Source: Salibacteraceae bacterium (GTDB taxonomy: Bacteria > Bacteroidota > Bacteroidia > Flavobacteriales_G > Salibacteraceae). Taken from it: a stretch of DNA of 43,371 nucleotides. The notes below the pieces were generated by a model. That model made no database searches and was not told the DNA's origin. It saw only the letters and a program-made list of their open reading frames with translations. Position numbers and translations under genes: made by a program. Shown here in pieces: positions 41,248 to 43,371 of the stretch (positions are counted from its first letter, which is position 1; every line of letters starts with the position of its first letter). Where the stretch lies: the NCBI GenBank assembly GCA_040905305.1, contig JBBDRU010000104.1:1-43371 (forward strand). Direction: 5' to 3'.

Positions 41248-43371
41248 ATGAGCCAAGCCAAACAAACCGAAAAAACTACCTGCTATCACTGCGGTGAAGA
41301 TTGCATCGATCAAACCCTAGTGCATGATAACCATTCCTTTTGCTGTCAAGGCTGCAAAGCGGTTTACACCTTGCTAAACGACACCGGACTGATCTCTTAC
41401 TATGAAATAGATGAGAAAACTCCGGGCAAAACGGTAAAAGAGGATCACAGCAGCAAAGATTTTTTAGACCTGGAAGAGGTTCAAAATCGGTATTTTGATT
41501 TTAAGGAAGGGCGACAAAGAAAAGTCACCTTTTATTTACCCTCGATGCACTGCGCAGCATGCATTTGGTTGCTTGAACGCCTTGAGCAGATAAACAACGG
41601 AGTTGTGAAATCTGAGGTAAATTTTTTACGTAAAGAACTCACCGTGTTTTTCCATTGCGACCAGATCAGTCTAAAGGAACTGGTTATCCTACTCGAAAAA
41701 CTAGGCTATCCTCCAGACTTACAACGAGATCTTTCACATCAAAACAAGAAGAATCCGGAACAAAGAAAATTACTGCTAAAGCTGGGCGTTGCGGGCTTTG
41801 CTTTTGGCAATATCATGCTGTTCAGCTTTCCTGATTATTTATCTCTGGAAGACGCGTCATTGGACTCATTTAAACCCTTGTTTAGCTTTCTCAACCTCCT
41901 TTTGGCCATGCCTGTGCTAGTCTATTCGGCTATGGATTACTTGAAAAGCGCATGGAAAAGCATCCGTATTGGCTACCTCACCATTGACGTTCCCATTGCA
42001 TTAGGCATCATCGCTTTATTTGGGAGAAGCGCTTATGAAGTATTGAGCAGCACCGGTGCAGGATATTTCGATTCATTTGCCGGATTGATTTTCTTTTTAC
42101 TGATCGGTAAATGGTATCAAGGCCGAACTTATGAAGCCCTCGCCTTTGACCGGGATTTTAAATCCTATTTTCCTATTGCAGTAACCCGCATCAAAAATCA
42201 ACAGGAAGAAGTTTGCATGCTAGAAGAAATTGAAGTTGGTAATCGAATAAAACTACTGAACAACCAGGTAATTCCTGCTGATTCTATATTGATCAAAGGC
42301 ATCGCCAATATTGACTACAGTTTTGTAAATGGAGAAAGTGATATCATAGAAAAACACGAAGGCGATGTGCTTCATGCTGGAGGAAGACAAACAGCAGGCA
42401 GCATTGAAATTGAGGTTGTAAAGAACGTTTCGCACAGTTACTTAACAGGCCTTTGGAATCAGGAAGTCTTTAACAACAATGACGAACAACGCTTTTCTGG
42501 GTTGATCGATAAGGTGAGTCGTTATTTTTCGGTAGCAATACTTTCCATTGCATTTCTAACCCTGGGGTTGAGGTGGTGGTTTGAGTTGGGCGAAACCTTC
42601 AATGCATTCACTGCTGTGCTTATCATTGCCTGTCCATGCGCATTGGCGTTAAGCATGCCGTTTGCTATGGGTAACGTATCCCGAATATTAGGCAAGCTCG
42701 GTTTTTTCGTGAAAAATGCCCGTACTTTAGAAAAGATGGCTTCACTGGATACAGTTGTTTTTGATAAAACCGGAACACTCACCAATGCCACCCGTAGTAA
42801 AGTCCTTTTTAACGGTCCCGCGCTTAGCGAAAATCAAATGGTTTTAGTACGATCCGCTGCAGCAAGCTCTACCCACCCGTTGAGTGTAGCTATCAAAACC
42901 AGCCTACCTGCATTAAGCACTTCTGCTCCTGATTTTTATGAAGAATTGGCCGGGCTCGGGCTGAAAGCTAGAATTGGAGAAAGCGAAGTAGCATTGGGGT
43001 CAGCTCAAATGGCGAAAACCCTTTCAAAGAAAGAGGAATCAACATTTAACACTTCAGTTGTTCACTTGTGGATAGATGGAAAACACCTGGGCTATTTTAC
43101 CATCGAAAAAGAGGTGAGAGAAGGAATTCCTGAGCTTGTTAAACAATTACAGTTGCGCTTTGAAACCCATCTTCTTAGTGGTGATAACGACTCTGAAATG
43201 AAACGTATGAAATCTATTTTTGGAGAGAAAAGTAAGCTATGGTTCAAGCAATCTCCAATGGATAAACTTCACTACGTAGCTCAAGTTCAACAAAACGGTC
43301 GTTCCGTTTTGATGCTTGGCGATGGACTAAATGATGCCGGTGCGCTGAAAGAAGCCAATGTTGGCATTGCT
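41248..43371 (+). CDS. ccoI: Heavy-metal (P1B) P-type ATPase, CcoI/FixI-like, 3-prime end runs off the window
   Basis: Absent from the ORF track (open to the edge); translated manually. The N-terminal Cys-rich domain CYHCGEDC...FCCQGCKAVY, MHCAAC, the membrane CPC motif (IIACPCALALSMP), the phosphorylation site DKTGTLT and the hinge GDGLNDAGAL are all present. The symbol is tentative. Confidence 0.85.
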   Translation, partial: MSQAKQTEKTTCYHCGEDCIDQTLVHDNHSFCCQGCKAVYTLLNDTGLISYYEIDEKTPGKTVKEDHSSKDFLDLEEVQNRYFDFKEGRQRKVTFYLPSMHCAACIWLLERLEQINNGVVKSEVNFLRKELTVFFHCDQISLKELVILLEKLGYPPDLQRDLSHQNKKNPEQRKLLLKLGVAGFAFGNIMLFSFPDYLSLEDASLDSFKPLFSFLNLLLAMPVLVYSAMDYLKSAWKSIRIGYLTIDVPIALGIIALFGRSAYEVLSSTGAGYFDSFAGLIFFLLIGKWYQGRTYEALAFDRDFKSYFPIAVTRIKNQQEEVCMLEEIEVGNRIKLLNNQVIPADSILIKGIANIDYSFVNGESDIIEKHEGDVLHAGGRQTAGSIEIEVVKNVSHSYLTGLWNQEVFNNNDEQRFSGLIDKVSRYFSVAILSIAFLTLGLRWWFELGETFNAFTAVLIIACPCALALSMPFAMGNVSRILGKLGFFVKNARTLEKMASLDTVVFDKTGTLTNATRSKVLFNGPALSENQMVLVRSAAASSTHPLSVAIKTSLPALSTSAPDFYEELAGLGLKARIGESEVALGSAQMAKTLSKKEESTFNTSVVHLWIDGKHLGYFTIEKEVREGIPELVKQLQLRFETHLLSGDNDSEMKRMKSIFGEKSKLWFKQSPMDKLHYVAQVQQNGRSVLMLGDGLNDAGALKEANVGIA

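Noticed and set aside
1-43371. CRISPR arrays, rRNA genes, prophage structural genes, intact IS elements
   Set aside because: I saw no regularly spaced direct repeats, no rRNA-like sequence, no phage capsid/terminase-like ORFs and no intact transposase. The only mobile-element traces are the fragments at 29119-29695.
41248-43371. P-type ATPase as part of a metal-resistance island linked to the 29732-30984 pair
   Set aside because: The two loci are more than 10 kb apart and separated by core genes. The ATPase has the CcoI/FixI-type N-terminal Cys-rich domain, which points to cbb3 oxidase maturation rather than an accessory resistance module. Downstream context is outside the window.

Overview
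The window is a Bacteroidota (Flavobacteriia-like) chromosomal segment. The taxon call rests on a T9SS C-terminal sorting domain, SprB-type repeats, a CarbopepD-type TonB-dependent receptor, a GSCFA protein and TAnnTTTG -7 promoter boxes. Most of it is densely packed core content: TPR protein, sugar nucleotidyltransferase, dut, Wzx-like flippase, TonB-dependent receptor plus beta-helix lipoprotein, OmpR/PhoR-type two-component pair, GSCFA, glycosyltransferases, SDR, trmB, ATL-type MGMT-like protein, tatD, porin-like barrel, ansA, TMTC-like TPR membrane protein, thioesterase, pdxH, rhodanese, exbB-exbD-exbD, CPBP protease, dusB, lolE-like permease, rbfA, a T9SS adhesin and a CcoI/FixI-like P-type ATPase running off the right edge. 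Two accessory spots stand out. (1) At 17301-20781 an AT-rich two-gene islet sits between two convergent core genes. It encodes a classical AAA+ ATPase tail-to-tail with an 810-aa signal-less S8 subtilase. This is my best candidate for a defence-type system: it resembles the ATPase+S8 'ietAS' class, whose mechanism is unresolved, and the convergent layout may be atypical. (2) At 27547-29731 a tRNA-Ser(GGA) is followed by diverged copies of its own 3-prime end plus terminator, a small family of roughly 60-nt palindromic elements, GC-rich non-coding DNA, an intact ParE/RelE-antitoxin pair, a tyrosine-recombinase C-terminal stub and a frameshifted, 5-prime-truncated Y1 (IS200/RayT-like) transposase. 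This is a decayed integration hotspot. I saw no CRISPR array, rRNA or prophage. All family calls come from motif recognition by eye, with no searches run.
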